DNA of 64,000 nt. Origin: Marsupella aquatica (Eukaryota > Plantae > Marchantiophyta). A program made the position numbers and the translations under genes. A model generated the notes under the pieces. That model ran no database searches and was not told the DNA's origin. It was given only the letters and a program-made list of their open reading frames with translations. Positions 50,342-63,664 of this stretch are shown here, in pieces. The stretch is taken from assembly GCA_973895155.1 (NCBI GenBank), contig OZ316893.1, forward strand, positions 4,974,171 to 5,038,170. Direction: 5' to 3'. Numbering within the stretch: the stretch's first letter is position 1; each line of letters opens with the position of its first letter.

Positions 50342-51723
50342 TGTGCAGAATATCTGGCGTGTATCTTGCTACCGTAAATAGTCTATGACTGGGATGATGT
50401 AGGCCTTGTCGTTCACGGAATCACGGGCCAGGAGTGGGTACATATCCGGAGGTCATGTCCATATCGTCGATAGTTATGGTAGAGCTGGAGACAAGGTTTG
50501 AGCTTAGTCTAATCATAAGAAGTAGAGCAAGCACAGAGCGGCATCCAAGACAAGTACAGGAACAGACTGCTTTCCACTTGAAATGGCGAAATGATTGATG
50601 AAATCTACCATTTTGAGTAGGACGTTAGTTCGGAGACTCGCGTAGCTTTGTCACAGATTGGCCTACTGTACGTAGCGCTTCGGATTAAAAGCCCTAGATG
50701 CGCATTGCTCCGCAATAACTTTCTGGCTTCTTGTGCTAGAGTGTGAGTGAGTACCCATTCCAATCGATGTCACGAGGTCAATTTCTGTACTGCACCCTTT
50801 CCAATCTGTATCACGAGGTCAATTTCTGTACTACATTGCTCCGTTTTACACCATCATATCAAGGATGACTTAATTTCTGGTTAAATCTTTCAGGTGATTT
50901 GGAGATGGATGTATACCTACTTTCTGGGTCTCGGGGGAAGGTCTCTTTGAACCAACGGATACTTTGGGACATAACCAAACTGTTAGAGCCGAAAATTTAG
51001 CCGACTTCATAAATTTTAGGGCTTCGTCAATGTTCTAGACTATCCAGATTCTTCGTGCGCTAGCAAAGCCCCATAGCTGTAGGGTGTACGGAGAAACTTG
51101 TCGAGCGCCTTTCGCTGTTGTACAGTACTTTTTGAGTGAGAAAGGTTATCATCTGTAGCGGCACTGTGTATTTGGCCTGTCTGTGGCTGGTGTCTAGGGC
51201 TAGTTTGTTCGAGAAATGGCCACTCAATTTCACGGTGTGTGCAGCCTCATTAGGGGGGCTTTACAAGAACTTGGGGGCAGCCATTCCATTTTTTCTAAGT
51301 GAAAGATGCAATCCTAACCATTCATATGTGGGAACTGGCCACACTTCACTTTACATGAACTTGGGGGCACAATGAACAAAAAGCATTATCGAACCTAGTC
51401 ATCTGTCAGTGGGTCCCTTGTGGGTCCCTTTTTTTGGTGAGGTGTGCAAGCTTTTTTGTCAAAAACTTAGACCTCCTCTTGAGGTGGCCTAAAAACTTGG
51501 AGCAAACGGCCCCTTGTTTTAAGGGAATTGCATTGATTACTTCCAGACCTGACACATTTTGGCTCAGGCATTTTAACTTTTGTGGAATGAAATGGCCATC
51601 AACTTTGCTCTGGATGAAGAGAGAGTGAACGGCCTCCACCGTCTTGTAAAGCCCCTCTTACTTCGTATGTTCATGTGAGGCATCACTGAGAGGATAGGAA
51701 TGTATGGGAAGTGGGGAAGGGTA

Positions 51724-52180
51724 TTGGAGAAGTTTGGTTTTGACCTTCTGGGGAAAAACGAAATCAAGGTAGGCACTTGCCATTGCTAAAGTGTATGCAC
51801 CTTGAGATTCGGCTGAGGAGGAGGCTGAAGCGCTAGTTCAGTATCAGTTAGAGGTACTGTAGGTGGAAGTTCATCGATTTATTCTTGAGCTACCATCCCA
51901 GATGCAGTGAATCTACGTGTGTTCCGTAGAATGGGGAATGGCCTTGGAGAAGTCTGGTTCTGACCTTCTCGGGATTAACGAATCGAGATAGCACTTGCCA
52001 TTGCTAAATTGTATGCACCTTGAGATTCTGCTGAGGAGGAGGCCGAAGCGCTAGTTCAACGTTAGCTAGAGCTACTGTAGCTAGATTGAAGTGTTTTGCC
52101 TTGAAAACTGTAGGTAGAAGTTGATCGAGTTATTCTTGAGCTACTACCGGAGTTGCAGCGAATCTATGTGTGTTCTGTAG
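51724..52180. repeat. ~220-bp tandem duplication
   Basis: TTGGAGAAGT.TGGTT.TGACCTTCT...GCACTTGCCATTGCTAAA.TGTATGCACCTTGAGATTC.GCTGAGGAGGAGGC.GAAGCGCTAGTTCA occurs at 51724 and 51943. Confidence 0.85.
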
Positions 52181-53799
52181 CAAAAGTATTTGTGCTTCGT
52201 TGCATGGTCGAAACAAACGTTGGAGTGCAAATCAAAAGGATGTAGCTAGTTTGAGGGGGGAGTGGTTGACATGATGTGAGTCTGTCCAGACCTTCTAATC
52301 GACGAATCTGACATCGTCATCCAGCAAGTCTGTGACACTTGGTGACCAGGGTCATATGCTGAACAGATCCCGAAAATAGTACAATTCTGACATCCTCATA
52401 CTGACATTGTCACAAGATCAATTAAAAAAGGTAGAACCCATACACGCTACATATGACTGCCACGCAACCAGGGCTGCCGCCGGCGCGTCAACACGCCTAA
52501 AATCCGGGCCTAAAACATACTACAGTCGTCGGCAAATCAGCCAATGCCAACGCTGTGCACCATAGTTGAGAAACCGTCTTGGCACTGCCTCTGTGCTCAT
52601 CGTGCTCTTAGCACATTGGTAGGCCAAGGTAGTCCACGATATTGAACTATAAGTCGGTGCACTAACTCTCAGGCGAGGTCGGATTCAATTACCTCGAAGA
52701 GAAGGTCTCGAACGCAACCGTTGGACCAAATACTGAAGAGACCCGTCTTGCCCAGGGGATACCTCTACTGTCGCAAGCTGAAACCATGAAATGACAATAC
52801 TCTTGAGAATTCTGAAAATCATACAAGATGATTAGAAAATAGACTAGTAAAGCAGATAGTCAGATTGACAGTCAGATTGAACTAGAGTGTTTCAGACTTG
52901 GCTGCTAAACTTTTATTCACAATCACGCCAATTGAACCTGTCATTAGAGGACCACTGAGTATCGAATTTGAACAAATTTGAACAGTGATCCATATTCATG
53001 TATAGCTGACGGTTCTGTCATGGTCAGCTTTTCATAACGATGTATCCCACCAAGCTATGGAGCCCCACATTGAGAGTATTATATCATCCGCCTCCGTTCA
53101 ACATTTCATAGTTGTACGGGGAGGAAATTGAAGCTCCCGTAAACCTCAATATTTGATAAGATGCTCAATGGACTGGTGGAACCCGCACGAAATCTTCAGT
53201 GTTACGTCGGGAGAGTATCCACCTATTTTTGTTCATGTCGAGAATACATAATTTCTCTCGTCAGTGGTACAGGACAAATATCCACTTGCTGATGTTCGTT
53301 CACGTCTTGACAATTCTCGCGAGGCACTAGAGGCTCTATAGCGTTGTCTGCCCAGTCTGCAAGTCTCAGGGATGTTTCAAGTGCACTTTCCTCTGTTAAT
53401 ACCATTTTATCTGTTTGCCACTTAATATACAGTAATGAAGCCTCAGTGAAGTTTTCTTTCTTTCTTTGTGAAACATCATTTAAGCGTACAGTCGTGTCAA
53501 AATAGCTGCAAAATTGAAGCAATTGTAGCCATGACTGTAGATCCCTTGCCTACTCTCCCTCTATCGCATCTCATACATGTGGAATCGTGTCTCCCAGTTG
53601 GGCGCCTTTTCTTTTGTGGTAGTTTGAAAAACATGCGTGTTGTTGCTTTCTCTGGCCTTTTTGCACTGACTTGCCTTCTTCGGCCTGCTGGTTCCCCCCA
53701 TCTGTGGGGATTCTTGCAGAATAAATTCTACAGACTTTAAAAAAGAAAATACTTACATATATGAGTCATGGCACTGGAATTGTTGTCAGGATGTCCATT

Positions 53800-53915
53800 G
53801 GCCTCTTTTAAGGGGTGCACAAAAAACAAACATGAAATGTAAAGTATTTGTGATACAGGCCTCTTTTAACGGGTGCACAAAAAACAAACATGAAATGTAA
53901 TGTATTTGTGATACA
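53800..53915. repeat. ~58-bp tandem duplication
   Basis: GGCCTCTTTTAA.GGGTGCACAAAAAACAAACATGAAATGTAA.GTATTTGTGATACA x2. Confidence 0.9.
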
Positions 53916-55259
53916 AGTTTTTTCTGTGTCTTTCGATGCACAAATCAAGTACAAATGACATGAACTTTCTGTCAGCCCATAAGGACGGTTGCTTCTAAGA
54001 ATTCTCATAGCACCTGTGACAGATGACAGGGCTTTTTAATTCCATTTAGAGGAAGAATCAGTTTTAGGGTGCTCAAAAATCAAAGAATGCTATGTCATTA
54101 ATATGTGTTTAGTTTTGTACAGCACATTTTTAAGTTGATAAGGGTAATGTATCTAAAGTTAGTCCTCACTGTCGCACATGGTACTAGGGGCTTGGGGGTC
54201 ACTCTATGGACCTATATCATGTGCAATGTTTTGGGGTTTGGACCCCCCTAACTCATAAGTGGTTTGTTACCTCTTACTTTCTTACTTTAGAGCTGCCCAT
54301 ACTATTAGAAAAGTTTTTTCTAGAATTAAACAAGATCCAAAAAGACAATTACCTACAAGACAACATTCAACACATTCAAGATCCTGCAATTTACTCTTTC
54401 TATTCACTTGAAGAGTACATTTCAGAACTTTTGTACAAACCATAAATCATGGTTTTGCTGTTACATTGCAAATGAGACATATCTTTTGTTTGCTAAGTCA
54501 AACAAAAGGTAAAGGCATTTACTCTTGCCTGGTCTAGAGTTAATCTAACTGTAGTCAGATACTTGATCAACGTTAGATATGCTACTTAGTGTATGTGCAA
54601 GCAAGAGTTGACATGTTCAGGGATTTCACTTCCAATGCATACATGGCACATCATGTGCAACAAAGAATATGGTCATTTATTGGTTTGAAGGGAAGACCTA
54701 ATGATTTACGAGGAAGAACATTAAGGTTGTTTAAATCTAATTTCGAGACTTATGAGGAAAGACAGGGTTAAAAAACCAATTTAAGTATATTCCAAATTAA
54801 TAGGTGTATAGCCCCCAAGTTAGCATGTGAGTGGAGCTCCAGCTCATCCTTACGGACCCGAATGGGAAGTTCCTTCCAAAATTCCTGGATGCATTGGTAG
54901 CCACATCAGCATGATTGGTCACAAACAAGAACAATAAGTTATACAAGAAGAAACAACTTTGACTATTTGTGTTTGAGGCAAGGCAAAGACAAACAGTCAA
55001 ACCCAATAACTATAAAAACAATGGAAAACTGAAAAGTAGCATTTCAAATAAACAAAGAATGAGTCAAATAGGGGCGAATTGTGACTGATATATCAATCAC
55101 AATTTGTTTGAATTTTCTATTTGATGTACACATTTTAAAATAATGACGAGTAGAAAGAAACTTTTCTACTCTAATATTTACCAAGGTAACATAAGAAACT
55201 CAAGAAAGTTTAAACTTCTCTAACATTTACAATATAATCTAAGAAACCCTTAGTTTGGC

Positions 55260-55393
55260 TACTATGGATAAACAAGTAACAAGCAAATGTTTAAAACACC
55301 ATAAATACTATGGGCAAAGGAATACTACTATGGATAAAATAGTAACAAGAAAATGTAAAAAACACCATAAATACTATATGGGCAAAGGAATAC
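55260..55393. repeat. ~67-bp tandem duplication
   Basis: TACTATGGATAAA..AGTAACAAG.AAATGT...AAACACCATAAATACTAT..GGGCAAAGGAATAC x2. Confidence 0.8.
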
Positions 55394-57785
55394 CAAGGGA
55401 CTATCTCTAAGACCCTTCAACTACTATGGACAAGAAAATATTTTGCATGAATGATATGGAATGTTACATCAAGGGAAATTCCCATACAATACAGCAACCA
55501 AGCCGTACTAACCAGCAAACTGAAAAGCCTGTTAGAGCTACAAAATGAACCCCATAGGAGGCCCTTCCACCATGGTAGAGGTTGAAGGGTGCAAAGGCTT
55601 TTCCACCCTTCAACCTGCTATCTCACTACCAAATGATTGTAAACTAAACTCGTCAAGGAACTACCAAACATCCCTTACCAAGGGCCAGGGGAGATATAAA
55701 CCAGAAATAATATACCCAAGGGAGAAAGTCCTGGGGTTCTAGTTCAGTCTCCCCTGGCCCTTAATTAAGGAGGGCTCAGACAAACTCTAAGGAGCAGTCC
55801 TAAAAACTCAAAAGATAATAAAAGTCTTAAGCTCTCAAGCAAACAATTGAACCAGCTTGTGCAAAACTATCTACTGAGTGGTCTATATCCAGTGTGATAA
55901 CAAGTTCTCCAAGTGATCCATGAATACCCTCAAAATGACATCAAGGCTTTTGCTTGTAGTGTACCCTACTGTTAATTGCAATAAAAAAGCTTTCGAACAA
56001 ACTAATTATTGATGTGGGTTTAGGTTGTGCTACAGGCTACTTGAGATAGACATCAATGGTACTGGTAGCAAACTGCTAGAGGTAGGGAAAATCTAAAACA
56101 CTAAAATATGTGACTCCAAATTTTCTTTATTATGGTCTCTTTACAAAATGTCACTCTGGTGAGAAGAGTCCCTCACTGTTTGATTATGGTGACATTTTCG
56201 CCTGACCAAAAGATGGACTGAAGGTGCCACTGTACACTTTTGCTGTGTCCAACACTTCACTCTCCTTGCAGCTTGCACATCCTTTGAAATCCGGTTGCCA
56301 GGCCGACTTGCCTGACCAATTCTGTCAGTGTTGACAACACTTCTGCAACATCACTTATCTCAACAAGACTGAACAATGCAAGGGTGAGTGTCCATAAATA
56401 TGCTCTGGGAGGCGCAACCATTAGTGTATAATAGTGGTACCAGATGTGAATCAATAGCAGTGCTACCAAACTGGGAGCATGTAGATCAATTGTAATAGTA
56501 CCAAAATACTTGTTATAGGTACTCGATATCATCTGCCTGGGCTTGTTATAGTCACAAAGATCTGCTTTTTGCATTGAAACCCAACGACGATCCACCCATC
56601 AGTAGAGATTCAGAGTCACTGAGATCTGCTCATGAAAATAGACTTTTTATAACACTAGGAGTTCGTCTTATGCACCTACCAGCCAAATCGATGTCAGTGT
56701 CAAAATGACGACTTGAAATGGTGCTGGGCCCAACTCCCTAGAAACGTTGCCCCAAGAAACCTATTTACCTTTAGGCTATAGATATGTTCAGCGACATCCC
56801 ATTCAAGAGTTCTGACTAATGTGGTCTCCTACCTGACTGATCCAGAACAGTACTCCACGATTCGTTGCTCTGGGCCCAAGGTCCTGCAGAGATTAGGCTC
56901 AGCTCTCAAGAGGAGCAAAAGGTGAAGGATTAATATAATGAATGTTGAATCAAGTAATTATATGCGATCGACTCCGAAGCCTTGGGAATGCTTTAGAGTT
57001 GACTAGGCCCAAATGAAGTAATAGAGTCCACGATTTGTGGAAAAACACCATTGCTGTGAGAGAGCTCGAATGAAATCTTCAACCGTCAAGCTTAAAAGAA
57101 TCATTTACTGCTGCTGTCAGTGAACTTTGTTAGGGGCTGGTGACAGTTTGTCTACTACTTTTACTGGTCACGTGAAATGGTCTCAGATTTCCAAGAATCT
57201 TAAGAGTCCAATGCGACACAATCGATAGGGCCAACGTCCGCAATTTACTGACTCATTGACTGTATATCAGATATTCTGAATTACTCACACAGCTCGATTT
57301 TAGCATTCAGGACAATGCGTGGAATGTCATTTGCGTTACCACTGGACACTGCTCATACATCAGTACAGGACATATTTTTCATTAACCACATGAGAAGCTT
57401 TCACGCAAGGCTTGTGGATTTTTTGCAAGGTTCACTTGACACTGGATACACTTTTCGTAACTAATGGTGACAAGTACATGTAATCCACTTGGTAACTAGA
57501 ATGGAGTGTACAATTGCTAGACTAAAGGTACAAGAATAATCACAAGATTTCTAAAACTCCCACCTTCAAGTAACGAGCTAGAAGATACTCAACCCTCTGA
57601 ATTAACCTGATCGTATCCACAATACGTATAAAGAAATTTGGAACAGACTGGGATAACTTTTGCAGACCCTGGCAATTGCCAAAGATTAATCAAGTACGTA
57701 CTACAGCTGCGGGGCACAGGGGGATCAGTAGATTGAGACTCTTGCACGTTTGTGAACCACTCAAGCAAACTACCTTCCAGCAAGC

Positions 57786-59340
57786 TTAGCCTTTGACATT
57801 TTCTCTGATGAACTGCTCCACAATCCCAACTTTGCCATGAAGAGCTGAAACTTCGCACACAGAAACTTTGTTGACGCATTGAGCCAGTTCGAATGGTCCA
57901 GTCTGTGACCCAATCATGATCTCTGTTCCTACATCAGCATCTGAGGTTGCTTTCCTAGTACTGCGTAGCTTCTCACTGCAGAAAACATCAAAAAAGGAAT
58001 GTAAGGTAAGTTTATATTCAAGCCTAGGGTTTCTATACAGTGATTTGTTTTTAGCCTACGCTCAGGATAAATGACCAAATTCTTACATCTCTTTCTCCAG
58101 CTGCCGGCGAATGAAATCGACCGAGTGAGCTGTGACTTTGTCCATCTTGTTGCAAGCAATCAACACTGGAATCCTCTTCCGGACCACCACAGCCTTCGTT
58201 AGCACGTCATATAAATATCTGCAGATCCCAACCCACACACGAAGATGAGTTCTCTGTAACGACGATCCTAAGAACATGCTTTCATCGAGTATCCCAAATC
58301 AGACAATAAAAGAAGTGATTGGGGAGATGGCGACTGTACTCTGCAGTGAGTCGAACATGCGGCATAAAGTCTAACGCATCAACTAGAAACACAATTCCGC
58401 TCGCTTGAGGTAAAAACTCTTCGATCTTGGGCTTTAGTCTGGGGTGGCCTGGGACATCGACTATGTGAACCGGTTTTGTCTTCTTTCCTTTCTGAGTGGC
58501 AAATCCAAAGATTGCTACAGGTCAGTCACCGAGCAAATTCAATGTAAAAGGTAAGGAGACCACATTTACAAAATGTGGAAATTAAACATTGTTACCTACT
58601 CCATCCGAACAAATTTGAACTCTAAAAGGAAGGTAAGGCTTTCCGTGTCCCACTTGTTGCTCTGCTTCAGAATGGAGAATGAAGCGGCCTTCATTAGGTT
58701 CCATCGACGTTACTGTCCCTTGATGCGTAGACCCGTCACGGAGCTGTGCAAAAGTCCAGCATCCATGTTCAGGGTCATCTCAAGGTCACAAACTAGCTCG
58801 ATGCGAAAGAAATTAAACTCTAATCGACAAATGTACGCACTTGGTAGTAAAGGGCAGTCTTTCCTCCTCCGCTCAATCCCAACAGCAAGATGGTGTCCCG
58901 CTTCTTTCCTCCAACAGCAGCACGAACGGCTGTTGTTTTGCATCAATGGACAACCCCAAAACAGAGAGTGTGAGGGCGCAACGAAGTATTCCGGGGTCAA
59001 CAGCAGGAAGTGATCCAATGAAGCAAGTCTAGCGAGGCTACAGCAACTGATTCCGAGGTCTCAGAAATTGCGAACAATCGACTTCTAAAAAACCTCCACA
59101 TCAAGAACAGGCAGAAGAACTGGAAAACTTTGACTGCCCACCCCAGAATAGGAGCAAAAATGTGGTGAGAAGCAAGATTCCGAAGGTCAAGAGAACCGGC
59201 GCGAGTCCTTCCCCTTCCAGACCAAACCGCTTCTGCAGGTGCCCAAATCGCAGACCCAAATGCAGGTGCAACGCATCCCATTTTGGCGACGATAATATTC
59301 CCTGTCCCCCTTCCGCAAAACCCGGCTGCTCAGCCATCAC
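57786..59340 (-). CDS. SRPRB: Signal recognition particle receptor subunit beta (SR-beta GTPase), 6 exons
   Basis: Exons with GT-AG junctions: 59340-59142, 58929-58841, 58743-58654, 58491-58340, 58218-58087, 57975-57786. The spliced product has an N-terminal TM segment, P-loop LLGLSGGGKT, TVTSMEPNE, VDVPGHPRL, IVFLVDA, VLIACNKMD and the end VEQFIRENVKG*. Confidence 0.95.
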
Positions 59341-59933
59341 CTCCCGTCTCGATCCAAAAGCCCTAAACTTCTTGCTTACGGGACCGAACTAAATTCAAAA
59401 CCTGTTCAGCTCGGATTGTTTATAAATCGTTCAGCAGGTTTTGCCTGAGTTGGTTTCTTTCTTCCTTCTACGGTTTCTGCCTCTCCATAAAGTAACAAAA
59501 TTGCCCCACGGTGAACTTCTCCCGCAACTCTGCTCCTCGTTTAAGGACTATTCTCCGCCCTCTTTCGTTCGGTACTCTGTTGTCCACTCAATCTTCCTGC
59601 AACCCAACTACTAAACCCTAAGTCCACCTCTCTCACATCCTCGTTGAGATCCTCAGCATGAGAAGTTGCCCATTCTAGCTACACAATTCAGGTCGACATG
59701 CCTCTTCAAACCCTACAATGAAATTTCGACAGATGATGTATAATGTCAAAAGGAGCAATTAAATTGAACAAAGGCACTGTACAAATGACGGGCAGCGGGA
59801 GTGCAATTATTCTCGAATAAATGGAAGTCCATCATTATGGAAGTACTGGTAAAACCTACGTTACACATCTCATCGCCCATCCAGACATGGATCCACACCT
59901 TCACCCGTAAGAACTTCGCGTATTACATCAAGT

Positions 59934-60680
59934 TTGAATGCAAGTGCGACGCGAGGATCGGTAATATTGAAGAGGGGAAACACAAAGCTCCAGATTATAC
60001 AGTTGACGAGTATAAGGGTTCATCTAAGGCAAAGAAAGAACACCCTCGATCAAAGCAGTAGAATGGAAATGCGAAGGGTCGGAAAATGAAGAAAAGAAGC
60101 ACGAAGCTGTGGATTATACAGTGGACGAGAATAAGTGTTCAATGAAGGCAAAAAATGAAAACCCCCGATCAAAGCAGTGAAATGGAAAATGCGAGGGGTC
60201 GGGAATAATGAATGAAATAAACACGAAGCTCTGGTTTTTACAGTTGACGAGTATAAGGGTTCATCTAAAACAACGGAAGAACACCTTCGATCAACGCAGT
60301 GAAATGGAAATGCGAGGGGTCGGGAAATGAAGGAAAGAAGCACGCAGCTCTGGCATATACAGTTTACGAGTATAAGGGCTCAATGAACGACAATTGTTTT
60401 TCAAAAAAACGCGGTCGATGCATAGAAATGGAAATGCGAGGGATCGGGAACAATGTAAGAAAGAAGGCTCTGGTTCATACAGTCGACGAGTACAAGTGTT
60501 CACTGAAGGCCCAAATAAAAAACACACCCCCGATTAAAGAACTGAAACGGAAATGCGAGGGGTCGGGAGTAACGAAGGAAAGAAACACGAAGCTCGGGTT
60601 TACACATTTGACGAGTATAGGTGTTCCTTTCAAGGCCAAAAACGAACATCCTCGACCAAAGCAGTGAAGCGGAAACGTGG
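59934..60680. repeat. Tandem array of six diverged ~121-bp units
   Basis: AATGGAAATGCGAGGGGTCGG...CACGAAGCTC...ACAGTTGACGAGTATAAG.GTTC...CGATCAAAGCAGTGA recurs at ~59940, 60061, 60181, 60303, 60427 and 60546. Confidence 0.9.
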
Positions 60681-60834
60681 GCGGATTTCGGAAGGGATGG
60701 AGGAATAACTTACCTCCAAGGCGACGGTGCCTGGCAGTCAGCAAATAAGCAAAAGGCGGACGTATACACAATTCGCAGCAGGCCCAACTCCAACAGAAAA
60801 GAATCGACGAGGAGAAACGGAGTTCGGCTCTCGA

Positions 60835-61310
60835 GACTCATCCCGTCATCCCGGTCACCCGGTCTCCCGGAGTCGGGGTCGGGTCCGGGTGACGGGTTCG
60901 GGCCGGTCGGGTTCGGGCCGGGTTCGGGAGGGGATCGGGCGGGTATGGCCGGGTCCTGGAGGGGTTCGGAACCAATGTGTGGCTGGCGCGAGGTCCGGGT
61001 AGGGTTCGGGCGAGGCGGCTCGGGGAAGACCGGGCGGGGAAGGCCGGGCCGGGAGGGTCGGGTGGGGAGAGCCGGGCTGGGTTAGGAAAGCCGGGTCGGG
61101 AAAGCCAGGGCTTGCGGCAGCTGGGGGCTGTTTTAGGGTTTGGGCGGTCATTTTAGGGTTTGGGCGGGCTAAGGAGCCGGGCGGGGTTGGGCAGGGGAGG
61201 AGCATAAAAGGAGGGACCCCCTCCCCCACTCCTTCCTCATTGTGTGCTTTTGCTTTTCAGGAAGGGAGACTTGGAGAGGAGCAAGAGAGGAGGAGGGAAA
61301 GAGGTGAGTT
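60835..61310 (+). promoter_or_regulatory. GC-rich CCGG/GGGTCGG block with telo-boxes, a TATA-like element and a 5'-UTR splice donor; probable promoter or terminus of the kinase-carrying unit
   Basis: G-rich repeats at 60840-61120; TTTTAGGGTTT twice (~61131, 61151); CATAAAAG at ~61203; AG|GTGAGT at ~61303 followed by a T-rich intron-like tract. Confidence 0.45.
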
Positions 61311-62029
61311 TGTGTTTGGTTGCTTTTTCTTTGTATTTGGTTATGTTTTGTGTATGTTTGATTGAATTTAAGTTTTAATTTTGTTTTGTGTTTACTTTTT
61401 GGTTTTGTTTACTTTTTGTGTTAATGATCCTAGTGCCATATGGAGGGGTATAAAGGAATTCTTGTACGCGCAGGCTTAGAGCCTGGGCTCAGTTTGTGAT
61501 ATTTTGTACGAGAGTTTATTAATACCACCTTAACAATTTAGTATCATTTGTCATTGACTGTAACATTTGCAGAGATAGAGGTATCCGTGTGCGCAGACTT
61601 GGAGCTTTGGCTTGGTTTGTGATATTTTGCATGGTTATCACAATTCGTCGGGAGTGTTTCACTTGATCGACAAATGATTCCTAAATTATAGATACCCTAT
61701 CACATACGTCAAAGTAGGAGTGTCAACAATTTTGAAAGAAAAGAAAACTTTTGTGCACATGCTTTGAGCTTTGCCTTGGCCTGTGATAATCCACAAATGT
61801 TATCTTACTCTTTTATTGTTGTTACATTCAAAGGTCTTAAAAATGAATTGCACAATAGGACGTGTGGTGTGAACATCAGGAAGAAACAATAACAATTCAT
61901 GTACGACCCGTGATTTTCAGGGTGGTTGTGGAAGCCTCATTGCAAGATCCCCGTAAGCTTTATTTCTTCAATCCCCACATATCAGTCCGGTGAAGTGAAA
62001 ACATGGCCACTTGTGATCTTAGTGTAGAG

Positions 62030-63664
62030 TATAGGCAATTGTTGGAGGTGATGACAAAACATTTGAACGAGGGATATAAACCGGATCTTGTTGCTCTCAA
62101 CGCACTAAAAGAGTGCACAAAAAAATCTTGAGCATGTCAAGAATTCTAGCAAAGTGACTGGGAAATGGAAACGAAGAGGGGGGAATGATGAGGCAAAACA
62201 GGTTCGACACAATGTGATAGTGGCAATATGGAAACAGATATTATATCGCTATACTCAACCTAAACAGTATGAGGTGGATGGGTTTGAGAGGGAGTTCACG
62301 CAACAAGGAATGAAAGGATACAAGAAGTTTTTTGATGAGATCAAGCATTGTATGCGTGAAAGCGTATAGAATGAAGATAATTTCACACGAGAGCAAATGG
62401 AGTCATTTCAAGATGAAGTTGAGAAACTGGGAGGATTTTTGGAAAATATGGCACTAAACTTGGAGAAGAATGTCTGGGACAATCTGGCGGCCAAACTAAG
62501 CAAGGGTGACACTACATTGCTTGGAAATCCTGGGATGTACACACACAAGAAAGAATTGCTAGTGAAGTGGAGTAAAGAGTTGGCAATGGCAAAATCAGAT
62601 AGCAATTAATGTCAAATATATCAACCAGGTCATGCAATTTGGGAATGTGAGCATCAAAGGTCATCGAAAAGGTACACGTCCATCACGTGTAGTTCCAGAG
62701 GTTAGGAGTATCCATTTCCTTAAGCCTGAGCAGGTGCAAAATGCAGATCACATTGGGAAAGGTATCCAAGGACATGTGTATACTTGTCATATACTAGATT
62801 GTCCTCTCATTCCAATGAACGTGATCTTAGTGGCAAAAAGATTCAAGGATGGAGATCAGCATAAGAGATGAGCAAATGCATTACAAGAAGTGTTGATGGG
62901 GAGGATTGAATCATAAGGGAATTGTTGGAGCTCTTGCACTTACTATTGAGGATCCACCAAAACTTGTTTATGATCATTACAATGGAGGTGATTTGGGAAG
63001 TTTCATAGATAAGTGCGGCAAATGGTCAAAGGGCAAGGGGAAATCACAGGCTACATCGAACCTTGATCTCAAATTTATTTCTGAAAAAAAACTTTTTTTG
63101 GAGCATTGTTTGGGAATTGCGTTGGCTTTGCTAGAGACGCTACAATATTTGCATGACCACAATCAATTTTATTGTGATCTTCACTTTGGAAATATCCTTC
63201 TTCATTTCGACCATGAGAACGATGTAGCTATTAGGGTATATGTTGGATTATGTGATTTTAGCTTGTCAAAACATAAATCACAATGCAAATTAGCAGAGAA
63301 TCAAATGTGGCCCACAACTATAGAAAAAGCAATTGCATACCAGAAACAATATCCACAGTTGGCTTTGGAGCTTGTTCAGCCTGTCCCTGTAGAGTTTAGC
63401 CAAGCTACGGATATATATGCTTTGGGAAATGTTTTTGAGACATTATTGCAAGAGAATTGGGATGGAATGTCAAAGGGGACACGATTTTTGGGCAGAGGTT
63501 GGAATGCAATAGTGCATGGCCCCAAATTGGATGCCATCATCTCTGATATGATGGCCACAGATGTGACAAAAAGAAAAGATTATGCTTTTTGGAGTTTGAA
63601 GATAGTTCGAACGTTTCCAAATTGCTCACTATTTTTGCATAATAGTCCTTATCTTAGAGATTAG
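62030..63664 (+). pseudogene. Decayed intronless protein with a C-terminal protein kinase domain
   Basis: Across frames: Gly loop IGKGIQGHVY, LVAKRF, LNHKGIV, YLHDHNQFYCDLHFGNILL (catalytic loop), LCDFSLS (DFG position), PQLALE (APE position), TDIYALG. A ~200-aa helical N-terminal region precedes it. Stops at ~62367, 62607 and 62869, plus frameshifts. Confidence 0.8.

Noticed and set aside
59934-60680. CRISPR-like interpretation of the periodic array
   Set aside because: Whole units are homologous, with no unique spacers between identical repeats; no cas genes; eukaryotic context.
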